NCBI GenBank assembly: GCA_965204725.1
Contig: OZ242005.1
Coordinates: 3,840,001-3,904,000, forward strand
Reading direction: 5' to 3'
Source of the DNA: Candidatus Latescibacterota bacterium
Lineage (GTDB): Bacteria; Latescibacterota; UBA2968; UBA8231
Length of the DNA: 64,000 nt
Position numbers and translations under genes: made by a program. The notes under the pieces are model-generated. The model was not told where the DNA came from and ran no database searches. It saw nothing but the letters and a program-made list of their open reading frames with translations. Of this stretch, positions 63,357-64,000 are shown one piece after another; position 1 is the first letter of the stretch, and each line of letters opens with the position of its first letter.

Positions 63357-64000
63357 GCTAGCCGCTTCCACACATCCGCTTGCTGGCTCTCCACTTGCAC
63401 GAGCCGCGCTTCTTCAAGCACATAACCGCTGAGTTGGCCGCCGTAGATGCAGCCCGAGTCAAGGCCGAGGAGATAGGGGCGGCCAGCGCGTTTTTTGAGC
63501 ACCAAGCCGCCGGGCGCGTCGTGGCCAAAGACGAGCAAGGGATGCACCGGCTCGTAGAAATCGTGCCAACGCGGGCGGGCGAGATCGCTGGAGGGCGGCC
63601 AAGTGCGGATCTTCAGGAATTCGGCGCGGCGGGTGCCTTGTAAGCCCTTTTTCGGGTGGATGCCAGCGTGGACCAAGAGAAAGGCGTCTTCTGCGATGTA
63701 GAGCGGGCACTGCCGAAGCCAAGCGAGAATTTCGCGGTGGACGGGCTGGAGCTGGGCGCGGGTATAGCCTTGATCGGAAAACTTCTCTTTGGGCTTGCGG
63801 CCCTTGGCCAGCGCGGTTAGCTGCTTCAAGAGGCGGGCGTCGTGATTGCCCAACACCATCTCGGCCCCGGTGTCGCGGATCAACTGCCACACCGCTAGCG
63901 GGTCGGGGCCGCGGGAAAAAGCATCGCCGGTCAGCAACAGGCGATCCCGGGCCGCGTCGTAGTCTGCTTTTGCGAGGAGGGCTGCAAACTCGGCGGCGCA
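63353..64000 (-). CDS. Metallophosphoesterase (ApaH/PrpE-like), start outside window
   Basis: GD...RGP, GNHD, VHAG, FGH, LDSGC.YGG.L. Confidence 0.9.
   Translation of the reverse strand, partial: CAAEFAALLAKADYDAARDRLLLTGDAFSRGPDPLAVWQLIRDTGAEMVLGNHDARLLKQLTALAKGRKPKEKFSDQGYTRAQLQPVHREILAWLRQCPLYIAEDAFLLVHAGIHPKKGLQGTRRAEFLKIRTWPPSSDLARPRWHDFYEPVHPLLVFGHDAPGGLVLKKRAGRPYLLGLDSGCIYGGQLSGYVLEEARLVQVESQQADVWKRLA

Overview
GC-rich bacterial chromosomal window. FlgD-tailed secreted paralogs, a C-terminal VEASTWGxIK motif, LRR and collagen-like lipoproteins suggest an FCB/Latescibacterota-like lineage (inference only). The housekeeping backbone includes fabV, a TonB-dependent receptor, hisS, a UbiA prenyltransferase, sirC, an RND efflux trio, clpP and mutM. 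Accessory regions: (1) 7.2-12.5 kb is a decayed HK97-type phage or satellite element with terL and protease pseudogenes but intact HNH, capsid and LRR lipoprotein genes. It carries the most striking feature, a 240-bp module where two near-consensus sigma70 promoters each start at a copy of the 3' half of a type I-G-like CRISPR repeat (candidate crRNA-mimic/Racr RNAs). The module is bracketed by two 30-bp palindromic sites with inverted cores, and a hairpin-dense non-coding tract lies downstream. (2) 12.6-23.4 kb is an uncharacterised envelope gene cluster. (3) 24.5-30 kb holds two IS5 insertions and gene remnants. (4) 52.9-63.4 kb is a WYL-headed defence-like island (degenerate DnaB, ADP-ribosylglycohydrolase, nuclease, TA pairs, AbiE) whose modules are bounded by short duplications. 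No cas, rRNA or convincing tRNA genes were seen. All calls come from reading motifs; no searches were run.
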